A DNA stretch of 64,000 nt, taken from positions 416,001 through 480,000 of the forward strand of contig OY759726.1 of assembly GCA_963662625.1 (NCBI GenBank), given 5' to 3'. Source of the DNA: Nitrosopumilus sp. Its GTDB lineage: Archaea > Thermoproteota > Nitrososphaeria > Nitrososphaerales > Nitrosopumilaceae. Each line of letters starts with the position of its first letter. Positions within the stretch are counted from its first letter, which is position 1. Made by a program: the position numbers and the translations under genes. The notes beneath the pieces were generated by a model. The model had not been told where the DNA came from and did no database searches. It worked only from the letters and a program-made list of their open reading frames with translations. Of this stretch, positions 1-9,639 are shown piece by piece.

Positions 1-504
1 GGAATGCAGTTCGTCCATGTTACCCTCGTCCCCCATCACGGCGGGGACGCGGCCCTTGATGCTCTTGACCAGCGCGATGATCCGCTTCTGGGACCTCGAG
101 TCGTCGGGCCCGGACGTCTTGACCACCACCCTCCCGGACTTGGAGATTTTGGCGGCCAGGTCCAGCGCCTTGGACAGCCTCTTGAGCTTCATTCCGTTTG
201 TGAGCACCGAGATCCTGGAACTGGGATCATAGCCGTACTGCGCCAGCTTTTCCAGTATGATGTCGTGGTCCCTGATCAGGCTGTTCAGAGAGAAGAGGCT
301 CCTGTACATCGAGATCATCCTCTTGGACTGCTTGGTCTTGCCCGATTTCGGAAACACCGAGTACGCCGCCTCCAGCCTGCGGATGGAGGTCCTGATGTCG
401 TGGATGTTCTTCTCCGACGGGTGCTCGATGTAGGATTCCAAGACAGAGTGCACCCGGCCCAACCTTGCGAAGAATACGTCTAGGAAAGACTCAGGCCGGC
501 TCAT
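1..504 (-). CDS. CHAD domain protein (polyphosphate-binding), 3' end beyond window
   Basis: Manual translation MSRPESFLDVFFARLGRVHSVLESYIEHPSEKNIHDIRTSIRRLEAAYS...RDHDIIL...DELHS shows CHAD-type HxxRxxxRRL and RDxD motifs; ATG overlaps upstream TGA (ATGA at 501-504). Not in ORF track. Confidence 0.85.
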   Translation of the reverse strand, partial: MSRPESFLDVFFARLGRVHSVLESYIEHPSEKNIHDIRTSIRRLEAAYSVFPKSGKTKQSKRMISMYRSLFSLNSLIRDHDIILEKLAQYGYDPSSRISVLTNGMKLKRLSKALDLAAKISKSGRVVVKTSGPDDSRSQKRIIALVKSIKGRVPAVMGDEGNMDELHS

Positions 505-1241
505 GCCACCTTTGCCAGGAATCTGCTGATCCGTCGCTGCAGCATGACGTTTACCTGCTCCTGCGTCCTGTTCCCGTCCATCGAGATCAGGTTGTATTTC
601 TGCTGCAGGTGCTGGAACTCTTTTGCAAGCTTCCTCTGGTATAATATGAAGGACTCGAACATGTCTTCGGACAGCCCCATGTCGGCGCCCGACTCGTAAT
701 AGTCGAGCGACCGCTTCTTCTCAAACACCCTGTGGACCAGCTTGAAAGGATCCACGTCCAGGTAGAACACCAGGTCGGGCACCAGCGCGAAGCTGTACAG
801 GTTTGAGGACCACCCCCTCTGGATCCCGCGTACCGTGTTCCTGGCCATCAGCGTGTAGATGTACCTGTCGGCCAGGACCACGTATCCCGCCTGGAGCGCC
901 GGGATTATCTTCTGCTCCAGCTGGTCGGCAAAGTCGGCCGCGTAGAACAGGGCGCTGGTCCTCTTCCCCAGGGAGACGTTCCTCTTTGCCTCCAGGATCC
1001 CGCCGCCTATGAGCTCCGAACGCTTCAGCCCCGTGTTCAGCACCGCGAATCCGTCGGCCTCCAGCTGCGTGGTAAGCATCTCGATCTGCGTGCTGCGGCC
1101 GGACGCGTCGGGCCCCTCGATCACTATCAGCCTGCCGCTGATCTCGAGGTCCTGCATGTACGGGATCCCGCCGAACTTGGCGGAGCCGTACCAGACCAGC
1201 TTGCGGTTTTTCCAGTGGCGCGTGAGTCCCGTGCGCATCAT
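501..1241 (-). CDS. Thymidylate-kinase-fold protein, paralogue 2 (atypical P-loop)
   Basis: LIVIEGPDASGRSTQ P-loop with K->R, ADRY motif, PDLVFYLDV; ATGA-coupled to paralogue 1. Confidence 0.85.
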   Translation of the reverse strand: MMRTGLTRHWKNRKLVWYGSAKFGGIPYMQDLEISGRLIVIEGPDASGRSTQIEMLTTQLEADGFAVLNTGLKRSELIGGGILEAKRNVSLGKRTSALFYAADFADQLEQKIIPALQAGYVVLADRYIYTLMARNTVRGIQRGWSSNLYSFALVPDLVFYLDVDPFKLVHRVFEKKRSLDYYESGADMGLSEDMFESFILYQRKLAKEFQHLQQKYNLISMDGNRTQEQVNVMLQRRISRFLAKVA

Positions 1242-1954
1242 GGCACCTCCAGCATCGCCTTCTTCATCTTCGGGGTGAGCAGCTGCATTATCCTGCTCCG
1301 CATGATCTTCTGCTGCTCCTGGATCCCGAACGTCGCGTCGATGACCGCGAAGTTCTCCCTCTTGGCCATGGACTCGTACTGCTCGATTATCTTGCTTTGG
1401 AATATCCTGTAGCTTTCGTAGATGTCGTTGCTCAGGTTCAGGTCCATGCCCGCCTCGTAGTGCTTCAGCTTCGGCCTCCCGGACAGGATCCTGTCCATCG
1501 ATATGTCTATCGGCACCCTGAAATAGAATGCCAGGTCAGGCTTTAGCGCAAAGTCATATATCTTCCTCACCCACTGCGGGTTGCACCCCCTCGTGACGTC
1601 CCTCGCGTACGCCGTGTAGACGTACCTGTCTGCCAGCACAAAGTACCCGGCGCGCAAGAGCGGCAGGATGTTCCTTTCGAACCGATCCGCAAAGTCGGTC
1701 GCGTGCAGCAGGCTGAACGTGGTGGGCGTGAGGTTCGCCTTCTTCTTTCCCTTGGAGGTCACCGACTTTACCATGTTAGACGAGTTCCATTCCGTGAGGA
1801 ACACCTCGAAGTTGTTGAAGCGGAGCCATTTTTCCACCAGGCGCAGCTGTGTAGACTTTCCCGAGCCGTCGATCCCCTCCACGACGATCAGCTTCCCTGG
1901 TATGTCGTATTTTTTAATGGACTGCTTCGAACTGGACAACGCTATGGTTACCAT
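1238..1954 (-). CDS. Thymidylate-kinase-fold protein, paralogue 1
   Basis: LIVVEGIDGSGKSTQ, ADRY, PDLAFYF; start trimmed to MVTIALSS (TTG at 1939 also possible). Confidence 0.85.
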   Translation of the reverse strand: MVTIALSSSKQSIKKYDIPGKLIVVEGIDGSGKSTQLRLVEKWLRFNNFEVFLTEWNSSNMVKSVTSKGKKKANLTPTTFSLLHATDFADRFERNILPLLRAGYFVLADRYVYTAYARDVTRGCNPQWVRKIYDFALKPDLAFYFRVPIDISMDRILSGRPKLKHYEAGMDLNLSNDIYESYRIFQSKIIEQYESMAKRENFAVIDATFGIQEQQKIMRSRIMQLLTPKMKKAMLEVP

Positions 1955-2099
1955 GCCAATGACGGGTATAAATTCCCTATGCAACCCGGCTCGAGTCCGG
2001 GCCGGGCGGCCCCCCCCCCCCCGAATCTGGCGGCGGCCGGTCTTGCGCGTGCCGCGTCGGCGCGCCCCGGGGGCCGCCGGGCCGCGGGATCGTGCGGCC

Positions 2100-3632
2100 C
2101 TACCCGCTGCGGATCGTGAACTTTGCGGATATCCCGAGCGCGTCCTCTGCCCGCGAGCACGCCCGCCGCAGCAGGGACTCGGGGAACGTGCCGCCTGCAG
2201 TGCAGACGTCCATGCTGAGCGAGCGGGGGGCCCCGGATGCAGGCCTGGCCGTCGTTCCGGCCTTGTGGAAGACGTCGCAGAGGGATACCGCCGCAGAGAT
2301 TTTTTCGACCGTCTTCTCGTCGGACGGTTCCAGGATGCCCCCATACCGGGAAAGCAGGTTCCCCGCCTCCCCCGGCGCCCCGGCACATGCAACCGACAGC
2401 GCCACTATGAGATGATCCCTGTGGGACAGCGGGCCGTCGTCGTCCAGGATCGATCTCAGCGCGCCGTCGGCGCCGCCGGGCGCTGGCGGCATGCCGATTT
2501 GCGCGACTGCCTCCGCCAGCAGCGCCCCCTCGCGCTCGGTGAACAGGCCCATCGAGAGCAGCAACCGCGCCAGTTCCTCGGCGTGCCTTGGAAAGGCCGC
2601 GGGCCGGCGTGACAGGCGGATCAGTTCCCGCACGTGTCCGTCGCCGATCTTGTGGGCGGCAAACTCCCCCGGGAACCGGAGCGAGAGGGACAGAGCTCCC
2701 TCCCGCAGCGCCCGCGTGCTCATTACCAGCGAGCGGAACCCCAGTTTTTTCACGAGTTCCGAGATCACCGTCAGGCCGGCGTGGACGACGTGGGCCCGGC
2801 CCGGCCCTATGGGCCCGATCGCCGCCAGCTCGTCCTGGGTCTTCGGCACGAGGTCCCGCAGGATCGACTCCACGGACTTGGACGTCATGGCGTAATTGTG
2901 CAGCTTCGGCAGGGGGTAGCCTGCCGTCGTCTGGTCGTACTGCACCATTGCGCGCAGCGTGCCCCCGACTCCCACCAGGACCGGATCGTCGGAGCCCGAC
3001 AGCCCGAGGGACTCCCTGGAGGGCAGGCGCCCTGCAACGTAGGAGCGCATGGACTCGAGGCCCTCGGCGGAAAGCGCCCCGCCCGCCGAAAACCTCTGCG
3101 TGAGGCGGATGGCGCCGAGCGGCAGGGAGGACACGCTCAGGATTTCAAAGTCCCTCGAGGACACGATCTCGATGCTCCCTCCCCCGATGTCAAAGAACAC
3201 CACCGACGGGAGGTCCATCGAGCAGATCGCGCCGGCGTAGGAATAGAGGGCCTCCTCGCGCTCCGACAAGACCTTGAAGTCGATGCCGGTCTCACGGCGG
3301 ACGCTGCCGAGGAAGGCCTCCCGGTTCGAGGCTTCCCGCACTGCGCTGGTGGCGATCGCGACGACGTGATCGATCCGGTCAGAGCCCATGGCACTCTTGA
3401 AGGACTCGAGCGTCTCGATGGTGTGCGCCAGGCGGCTGTCCGAGATGGCGCCGTCGGCCATCCCGGCCGCGAGTTTTACCGCTACCGACTCGTGGTGGTA
3501 CGGCCTGTACGAGCCGTGCATGCCGGCGGAATAGCTGACCATCTTCAGGGTGTTTGATCCGAGGTCTATCACCGACGCCTTTGCGGGCATGCCGGCGGCG
3601 CCCGGGCCACCCGGTCGGGGCGTTTGTGCCAT
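2100..3632 (-). CDS. ppx: Ppx/GppA exopolyphosphatase family
   Basis: IDLGSNT, ATSAVREA, EEA, DIGGGSIE, GVGGT, LREG motifs. Confidence 0.9.
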   Translation of the reverse strand: MAQTPRPGGPGAAGMPAKASVIDLGSNTLKMVSYSAGMHGSYRPYHHESVAVKLAAGMADGAISDSRLAHTIETLESFKSAMGSDRIDHVVAIATSAVREASNREAFLGSVRRETGIDFKVLSEREEALYSYAGAICSMDLPSVVFFDIGGGSIEIVSSRDFEILSVSSLPLGAIRLTQRFSAGGALSAEGLESMRSYVAGRLPSRESLGLSGSDDPVLVGVGGTLRAMVQYDQTTAGYPLPKLHNYAMTSKSVESILRDLVPKTQDELAAIGPIGPGRAHVVHAGLTVISELVKKLGFRSLVMSTRALREGALSLSLRFPGEFAAHKIGDGHVRELIRLSRRPAAFPRHAEELARLLLSMGLFTEREGALLAEAVAQIGMPPAPGGADGALRSILDDDGPLSHRDHLIVALSVACAGAPGEAGNLLSRYGGILEPSDEKTVEKISAAVSLCDVFHKAGTTARPASGAPRSLSMDVCTAGGTFPESLLRRACSRAEDALGISAKFTIRSG

Positions 3633-3699
3633 TACACCCTTGCGGGGCCGCACAAAGCTAAAAAAAGTATCTGCCGCGCATCCCGTGGCGGGCCCGGGG

Positions 3700-4206
3700 C
3701 TACTTGCAGAGCCTTCTGAGCTGCTTCGGGGTCAGTATGCTCCGCAGGATTCCGGTGACCGCGGAGTTAGTGGCGGAGCCCTGCATGTGCGCAAAGCCGC
3801 CTTTCTTAAGGGAGATGGAGACCTCGTGGCTCCCCTGTGATATTATGGCGCCGATCAGATCGCTGAGGAGGGGCTCGTGGCCCACCAGCATGACGGAGGC
3901 GTCGGGGTTCAGGGTCGAGAGCTTTTGCAGGATTGCGCCGGCGTCGAACTCGGGCTTTAGCTCGTCCCAGTACGCGATGGGGCGCTTCTTCCTTTTCACG
4001 TACTTCGAGGCGATCTGGGCTGTCTGCTTTGCCCTCAGCAGGGGGCTGGACGCTATGTAGTCCAGTTCGAGGTCCATGTCCTTGATTGCCTTGGAGATGC
4101 AGTGGAGCTCCTTCTTTCCGGCCTCGGTCAGCTTCCGGTTGGAGTCGCTTTTTACCGTCAGCAACCGTTCCTCCGCCTTGCCGTGCCTTAGAATATAGAT
4201 ATCCAC
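3700..4206 (-). CDS. sixA: Phosphohistidine phosphatase SixA
   Basis: ILRHGKAE, SSPLLRAKQT, LVGHEP. Confidence 0.9.
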   Translation of the reverse strand: MDIYILRHGKAEERLLTVKSDSNRKLTEAGKKELHCISKAIKDMDLELDYIASSPLLRAKQTAQIASKYVKRKKRPIAYWDELKPEFDAGAILQKLSTLNPDASVMLVGHEPLLSDLIGAIISQGSHEVSISLKKGGFAHMQGSATNSAVTGILRSILTPKQLRRLCK

Positions 4207-4318
4207 AACAACATATTATATGTTCATTATTTATTTAAAATGACAATATTTTGCATAATCTATATAGAAAATGGCCCGGTGCCGGAAAACGCGGCCGGCC
4301 GGGTTCCCCGTGGGCGGC

Positions 4319-5125
4319 CTACCGGCCCGACAGCGCCGCCCCCAGCGTCTCGAAGGAGCCAGCCACGGTGTGCACCCCGGAGACGGCGTGGTCCACGTGA
4401 AACTTTGCAAGCTCGCCTGCGGTGAACGGGCCTATGGCCACCACGTGCATCCCGGACAGGGCGTCTGCGAGGTCGGCCTCCGCGTGATCCCGGGTCATGA
4501 TCTCGAAGAAGCCGCGCACTGACGAGGCGCTCGTGAACACTATGCCGTCCACCCCGCCCCGCGAGAAGAGCCCGCGGAACTCGTCCCACTGGGACGTGTC
4601 GCGGAACGCGCGGACGTCGTAAAGGTGGAGCTCCAGCACGTCGATCCCGATCTTGTTCAGCAGGTCCTTCAGGAACGGCGTGGACGCCCCGCTGCGCGGC
4701 ACTATCGCCTTCTTGCCCACCGCGTTGATCCTCGTGAACACCTCCCCTACCCCGACCGAGGAGAACGTCCTTTCTGGCATCAGGTTCACCCTGATCCCCT
4801 CGCCCTCCAGGGCGTCCCGGGTCTTGGGGCCCACCGCCACCACGGTCGTGTTGGCCACCGCCAGCCGGAGCTCCCCCTCCCGCGACGACTCCCTCGCGGT
4901 GTCGAACAGCAGCCTTGCGGCCTTGGAGCTCATGAACACCGAATAGTCCGGGGCGTATTCGTCCATCGAGTCCAGGAACTCGTCCACTATCCCCGGGCCC
5001 TTGCTGACCAGCTCGATGGCAGGGATTGGCAGCGGCCTCACGTTGTTGCTTTTGGCCAGCTCTATGAACTCGCCGGCGTCCTCCCTGGAACGCGTTATCG
5101 CGATCGTCTTTGCGCCTGCAGTCAT
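4319..5125 (-). CDS. hemD: Uroporphyrinogen-III synthase
   Basis: AITR, AVGPKT, FTSASSV, AIGPFTA; ATGA-coupled to cobA. Confidence 0.9.
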   Translation of the reverse strand: MTAGAKTIAITRSREDAGEFIELAKSNNVRPLPIPAIELVSKGPGIVDEFLDSMDEYAPDYSVFMSSKAARLLFDTARESSREGELRLAVANTTVVAVGPKTRDALEGEGIRVNLMPERTFSSVGVGEVFTRINAVGKKAIVPRSGASTPFLKDLLNKIGIDVLELHLYDVRAFRDTSQWDEFRGLFSRGGVDGIVFTSASSVRGFFEIMTRDHAEADLADALSGMHVVAIGPFTAGELAKFHVDHAVSGVHTVAGSFETLGAALSGR

Positions 5126-5862
5126 CTCCACCCGATCTCCTTGGACAGGGTGACCACGTTGCCGATTATAATGTTTGCAGGGGGCCTGATCTTGCCCGCC
5201 CTCACCCGCCTCCCGATGTTCGACACCGTCCCGGTCACCATCCTGTGCCGCGGCGTGGTACCGTTCTGGATGACCGCCGCCGGCGTGTCCTTGTCCATGC
5301 CCCCCTCCACCAGCTGGCCGCATATGTAGTCAAGCCTCGACAGGCCCATCATTATGACTATCGTGTCGACCGACTTTGCAAGGCGCTTCCACCTTACCGA
5401 CCTGGACCCCTTTCCGGGATCCTCGTGGCCCGTGACGAACGCCACCGACGACGCGTGCCTCCTGTGGGTGAGCGGGATCCCCGAATACGTGGCGGAGCCT
5501 ATGCCGGAGGTTATGCCAGGCACTATCTCGTACCTTATGCGGTTCTTCCGGAGGAACTCGGCCTCCTCGCCCCCGCGCCCGAAGATGATCGGGTCCCCGC
5601 CCTTGAGGCGCACCACGTGCCGCTTTGACCTCGCATGCCGCGCCATCAGCTCGTTCGTGACGTCTTGGTGCGCGGCGTCGTCGCCCACCGCGCGTCCGAC
5701 GTATACCTTCTCGGCGGTCTTCGGCACCATCGAGAGTATCTTCTTGCTGACCAGCCGGTCGTACAGGACCGCGTCGGCCTTTTGTATCAGCTCCACCGCC
5801 CTGACCGTGATGAGCTTCGCGTCGCCGGGGCCGGCGCCCACGAGGTACACCTTGCCCGTCAT
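5122..5862 (-). CDS. cobA: Uroporphyrinogen-III C-methyltransferase
   Basis: VYLVGAGPGD, RLKGGDPIIFGRGGEE, VPGITS. Confidence 0.95.
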   Translation of the reverse strand: MTGKVYLVGAGPGDAKLITVRAVELIQKADAVLYDRLVSKKILSMVPKTAEKVYVGRAVGDDAAHQDVTNELMARHARSKRHVVRLKGGDPIIFGRGGEEAEFLRKNRIRYEIVPGITSGIGSATYSGIPLTHRRHASSVAFVTGHEDPGKGSRSVRWKRLAKSVDTIVIMMGLSRLDYICGQLVEGGMDKDTPAAVIQNGTTPRHRMVTGTVSNIGRRVRAGKIRPPANIIIGNVVTLSKEIGWR

Positions 5863-6794
5863 CCCCCGTTCCACTCCTCGAGCCGCTCCCTCCAGTTCAG
5901 CGCGAGATCGCCGAGGCCCCTCTCGCGGAGCTCCCTGCCGGCCAGGACTCCCAGCGACGCGGGATCCGACTTGGGCCCGGTCTTCTCCACTGCCAGCGAC
6001 CTCGAGCCATCCACCGAGAACGCGGATGCCCTGAGCGTCAGCTCCCCCCCTCCGGCCCTGGCATAGGCGCCCACCGGAAAGCGGCACCCGGAATCCACCG
6101 CGGACGACAGCGCCCGCTCCGCCTCCGCCTCCAGGCGGGAGTCCGGATCCTCTATGCCCCCGAGCATCGACGCCGTCCCGGCGTCGCCCTCCCGCGCCAC
6201 GACGGCCAGCGCGCCCTGTCCGGGGGACGGCACGAAGTCGTCTAGCGGCAGCACCTCGTGCCTTACGCCGAGCCCCAGCCGCCCGATCCCGGCGGCGGCC
6301 AGGATTACCGCGTCGTAGTCGGGGCCGCCAACCTTCCCTATCCTGGTCCCTATGTTTCCCCGCACCGGCTTGACGGCGATGTCGGGCCTCTTTCTCGTGG
6401 CCTGGACTGCGCGCCTCAGGCTGCTCGTGCCGACCGTCGAGTTCGGCGGCAGCCCCTCCAGCGTCGAGCCGTCGGCCGAGACCAGCACGTCGTTGGCGGG
6501 CGCGCGCTTTGGGACGCACGCCAGGCGCAGGCCGGCCGGCAGGCCGGAGGGCACGTCCTTCATGCTGTGCACCGCAAAGTCCACCCTTTCTTCTGCCACG
6601 GCCAGGTCCACCTCCCTTTCGAACATCCCCCTCTGGTCTATCGCGAACAGCGGGCGCGCGTCGGTGTCGCCCCTCGTGGTTATCCGCACCACCTCGTAGT
6701 CGCATCCCGGGTTTGCCTCCGCCAGCCGGCGAATCACCCATTCCGTCTGTGCCAGGGACAGCGGGCTTCCCCGGGTACCCACGAGGTACTTCAA
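5859..6794 (-). CDS. hemC: Hydroxymethylbilane synthase (porphobilinogen deaminase)
   Basis: GTRGSPL, AVHSMKDVP, GTSSLRR, RGNIGTR, GC cofactor Cys. Confidence 0.95.
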   Translation of the reverse strand: MKYLVGTRGSPLSLAQTEWVIRRLAEANPGCDYEVVRITTRGDTDARPLFAIDQRGMFEREVDLAVAEERVDFAVHSMKDVPSGLPAGLRLACVPKRAPANDVLVSADGSTLEGLPPNSTVGTSSLRRAVQATRKRPDIAVKPVRGNIGTRIGKVGGPDYDAVILAAAGIGRLGLGVRHEVLPLDDFVPSPGQGALAVVAREGDAGTASMLGGIEDPDSRLEAEAERALSSAVDSGCRFPVGAYARAGGGELTLRASAFSVDGSRSLAVEKTGPKSDPASLGVLAGRELRERGLGDLALNWRERLEEWNGG

Positions 6795-8068
6795 TTCCTT
6801 ACCGCCTTGAGCGCGTCCCCGTACGCGTCAAGCGCCCTGGCCAGGTCCTCCCCGGTGTGCGCCGCGGAAAAAAACACCACCTCGAACTGGGACGGCGCCA
6901 CGAATATGCCGTTCTTGAGCAGCGCGGAGAACAGCCTCCCGAACTTCTTGGCGTCGGCCCCCATGGAGGACGCATAGTCCGTGACCGGCGCGTCGGAGAA
7001 AAAGATCTGCATCATCGAGGAGGTGAAGTTGACCTGGTGCGGTATCCCGCAGTCGGCGGCCAGATCGTCCACCCCCCTGGAAAGCCTCTCGCAGTAGCGC
7101 TCCAGCCTCGGGTACATCCCGGCCTTCAGCCTGTCCATCGTCCTGACCGACGCCAGCGCGGCGCTGACTGATACCGGGTTTCCCGCGAACGTGCTTGCCT
7201 GGTAGACCCTCCCCCCCGGGGCCAGCTGGTCCATGATCCGCCTGCTGCCGCCCACCGCCGCGATCGCAAACCCGTTGCCCAGCGCCTTCCCTAGCGTGGT
7301 GATGTCAGGCCTTATGCCAAAGCTCCGCTGCGCCCCGCCCGGGGAGACCCTGAACCCGGTGACCACCTCGTCGAAGATGAGCGGGACGCCGTGCTCCCTG
7401 GTGACCTTCCTCACGTGCCGCAGGAAGTTTTTTTCGGGCAGGACGAGCCCCATGTTCGCCATGATCGGCTCTATGATCACGCCGGCGACGTCGTCGTCCC
7501 CGGCGAGGATCCCCTCGATGTCCCCGAAGTCGTTGTACTGCGCCACCAGCGTCTGCCTCGAGACGCTTGCCGGGACGCCGTCGGAGACCGAGATCCCGTT
7601 GTGCGCGGAGCCCGAGCCGGCCCTGACCAGGACGGAGTCGTGGGCGCCGTGGTAGCACCCCTCAAACTTGACGATCTTGTTTTTCTTGGTGTGGCCCCTG
7701 GCCAGCCTGATGGCGGTCATCGTGGCCTCGCCCCCCGTGTTCACCAGCCTTACCCTGTCCACGGAGGGGAAGCTGCCAGCTATCGCCTCTGACAGCTCGA
7801 CCTCCTGCTCCGTCGGGGCGCAGTAGAGCGTCCCGCGGCCCAGCTGCCCTGCGGCCGCTGAGACCACCTCCCTGCGCCGGTGCCCCAGCAGCAGGGCGCC
7901 GTAGCCGTTGCAAAAGTCCACCAGCTCCCTCCCGTCGGCGTCCCAGACGCGGCTGCCGCCGGACCTGGCCACGAAGAACGGGTACGGCTCGAAGTGGCGC
8001 ACGGGGCTGGTCACGCCCGAGGGCATCACCTTCCTTGCCCGGGCGAACAGTCTTCTGGACTTTGGCAA
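6791..8068 (-). CDS. hemL: Glutamate-1-semialdehyde 2,1-aminomutase
   Basis: GVTSPVR, FEGCYHG, FDEVVTGFR, TLGK PLP lysine; start trimmed to TTG (LPKSRR). Confidence 0.95.
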   Translation of the reverse strand: MPKSRRLFARARKVMPSGVTSPVRHFEPYPFFVARSGGSRVWDADGRELVDFCNGYGALLLGHRRREVVSAAAGQLGRGTLYCAPTEQEVELSEAIAGSFPSVDRVRLVNTGGEATMTAIRLARGHTKKNKIVKFEGCYHGAHDSVLVRAGSGSAHNGISVSDGVPASVSRQTLVAQYNDFGDIEGILAGDDDVAGVIIEPIMANMGLVLPEKNFLRHVRKVTREHGVPLIFDEVVTGFRVSPGGAQRSFGIRPDITTLGKALGNGFAIAAVGGSRRIMDQLAPGGRVYQASTFAGNPVSVSAALASVRTMDRLKAGMYPRLERYCERLSRGVDDLAADCGIPHQVNFTSSMMQIFFSDAPVTDYASSMGADAKKFGRLFSALLKNGIFVAPSQFEVVFFSAAHTGEDLARALDAYGDALKAVRN

Positions 8069-8201
8069 CGCCGTACTTGGGGGCCCGTCATTATTATTCG
8101 TACATCTTCGGTTCACGGGCCCCGCGGCAAGCTCCGCCGCGGGCGCGGCCGGGCACGGGAGGGGGACGCCCGGCACTGCGGGCAGCCGCCGCGGGCGCGG
8201 G

Positions 8202-8885
8202 TCACCGCGGCCGGCGCGTCCCCGGCCTCATGCGCCGGATGGCAAGCGCCGCCGCGGGCGCGGCCGAGCCCAGGAACGGGGCGGTCCAGTACAGCCAGAG
8301 GCCGTCGTAGATGCCCGTCACCGCCGCCGGCGCCAGCGAGCGGATTGGGTTCATCGACGCGCCGGAGACATGGCCGAAAAAAAACACGTCCAGTGCCACT
8401 ATCCCTCCGACCACCGCACTTACGACCAGCGGGGCGCTCTTGGCGCTGATGGCCAAGAGTATCCCCCCCATCAGGAAGGCGGTCGCGAGGGCCTCGATGC
8501 CGAAGACCGCGGGCAGCGGGTATCCCGGGTCGGGCGCGTTCAGCCCCAGCTTTGCGAAGTTTCCCACCGCGTACCGGACGAACAGGCTCCCAGATATCGC
8601 CCCCGCCGCCTGCGCGGCAAGGTACAGCGGGATGAGCCCGGGCCGGAGGTAGCCGGAGATCGCAAACCCGACGGTCACCGCCGGGTTGAAGTGGGCCATG
8701 GAGTACCTGCCGAATGCCAGGACCAGCACGAACAGGCCGACGAAGTGCACCAGCGCCACGAAGGGGGCGCCCAGGGAGAACCCCACCGAGCCGTCGTACG
8801 CGATGGATCCGGTGGCCGCCACCACCAGCCCGAAGGTGCCGACCATCTCCGCGACGAATATGTTGACCCGCCGTGCGCGCGTCAT
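8202..8885 (-). CDS. MIP/aquaporin family channel in ars locus
   Basis: HFNPAVT and SMNPIRS motifs, six hydrophobic segments; overlaps arsC stop. Confidence 0.9.
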   Translation of the reverse strand: MTRARRVNIFVAEMVGTFGLVVAATGSIAYDGSVGFSLGAPFVALVHFVGLFVLVLAFGRYSMAHFNPAVTVGFAISGYLRPGLIPLYLAAQAAGAISGSLFVRYAVGNFAKLGLNAPDPGYPLPAVFGIEALATAFLMGGILLAISAKSAPLVVSAVVGGIVALDVFFFGHVSGASMNPIRSLAPAAVTGIYDGLWLYWTAPFLGSAAPAAALAIRRMRPGTRRPR

Positions 8886-9286
8886 TGCTTCTCGAGCCGG
8901 GCCGCCAGCTCCACGACCTTGCGCTCTATGGCGTCCCTGATGATCCTGACGTCCCGCAGGGGCTTGCCCTTCGGATCGGGTATTCCCCAGTCCTCGACGC
9001 CGCCGGCGGGGAACGCCGGGCACGACTCGCCGCCCATGCACCCCATGCTGACTGCCTTGGCGGGGGGCAACACGTCCTCGCCCGTCAGGGCCTTCGGCGC
9101 GCCGGACAGCTCTATCCCCACCTCCCTCATCGCCTCCACCACCACGGGGTTCAACCGGGCGGCGGGCATGGTCCCCGCGCTGGACGCCCGGAGCGACCCG
9201 GGCGCGTGCCTCTTGAAGAACGCCTCCGCCATCTGGCTCCTGCCCGCGTTCTCGACGCATATGAAGACCACCTTGGCCCCTTCCAT
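8882..9286 (-). CDS. arsC: Arsenate reductase, LMW-PTP (thioredoxin-coupled) type
   Basis: FICVENAGRSQMAE P-loop, MGC...CP resolving cysteines, WGIPDP. Confidence 0.85.
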   Translation of the reverse strand: MEGAKVVFICVENAGRSQMAEAFFKRHAPGSLRASSAGTMPAARLNPVVVEAMREVGIELSGAPKALTGEDVLPPAKAVSMGCMGGESCPAFPAGGVEDWGIPDPKGKPLRDVRIIRDAIERKVVELAARLEKQ

Positions 9287-9293
9287 AAAATTC

Positions 9294-9318
9294 ATATAAA
9301 TCTGGATTTATATAAATC
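9294..9318. promoter_or_regulatory. Palindromic operator in divergent arsC/arsR promoter
   Basis: ATATAAATC-TG-GATTTATAT (9294-9313) is a perfect 9-2-9 inverted repeat overlapping a second palindrome GATTTATATAAATC (9305-9318). Confidence 0.65.
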
Positions 9319-9327
9319 TAGGTTAAT

Positions 9328-9627
9328 ATGAATGGGGTTACCCTGCTGAGGTGCATCTGCGACGACACCAGGTTCGAGATCCTGGAGCTGCTCGGGAAGA
9401 GGGGGGAGATGTGCGTCGGCGACCTCGTGTCGGCCGTGAGGAAGGGCCAGCCACTGGTGTCGCACCACCTGGGGACCCTGAGGCGGTGCGGGATAGTGAG
9501 GTCGAGGGCTGACGGGAAGAGGATGCTGTACGCGATATCAAGCAGGGAGCTGCGCGACCTGATCAGGGGCGTCACGGCCGCGGGCAGGAAGATCCCCGTC
9601 CTGTGCGACGGCGCGGGCTGCTGCTAG
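9328..9627 (+). CDS. arsR: ArsR/SmtB family transcriptional regulator
   Basis: DDTRFEIL, CVGDL, QPLVSHHLGTL winged HTH; C-terminal CDGAGCC. Confidence 0.85.
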   Translation: MNGVTLLRCICDDTRFEILELLGKRGEMCVGDLVSAVRKGQPLVSHHLGTLRRCGIVRSRADGKRMLYAISSRELRDLIRGVTAAGRKIPVLCDGAGCC

Positions 9628-9639
9628 GGCGGCCGCCCC

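Noticed and set aside
1955-2392. Long N-terminal extensions in the ORF track (tmk1; also hemD, cobA, aquaporin, rpoD, small IPMI subunit)
   Set aside because: They overlap neighbouring genes or GC-rich spacers; homology motifs and TATA positions indicate later starts.
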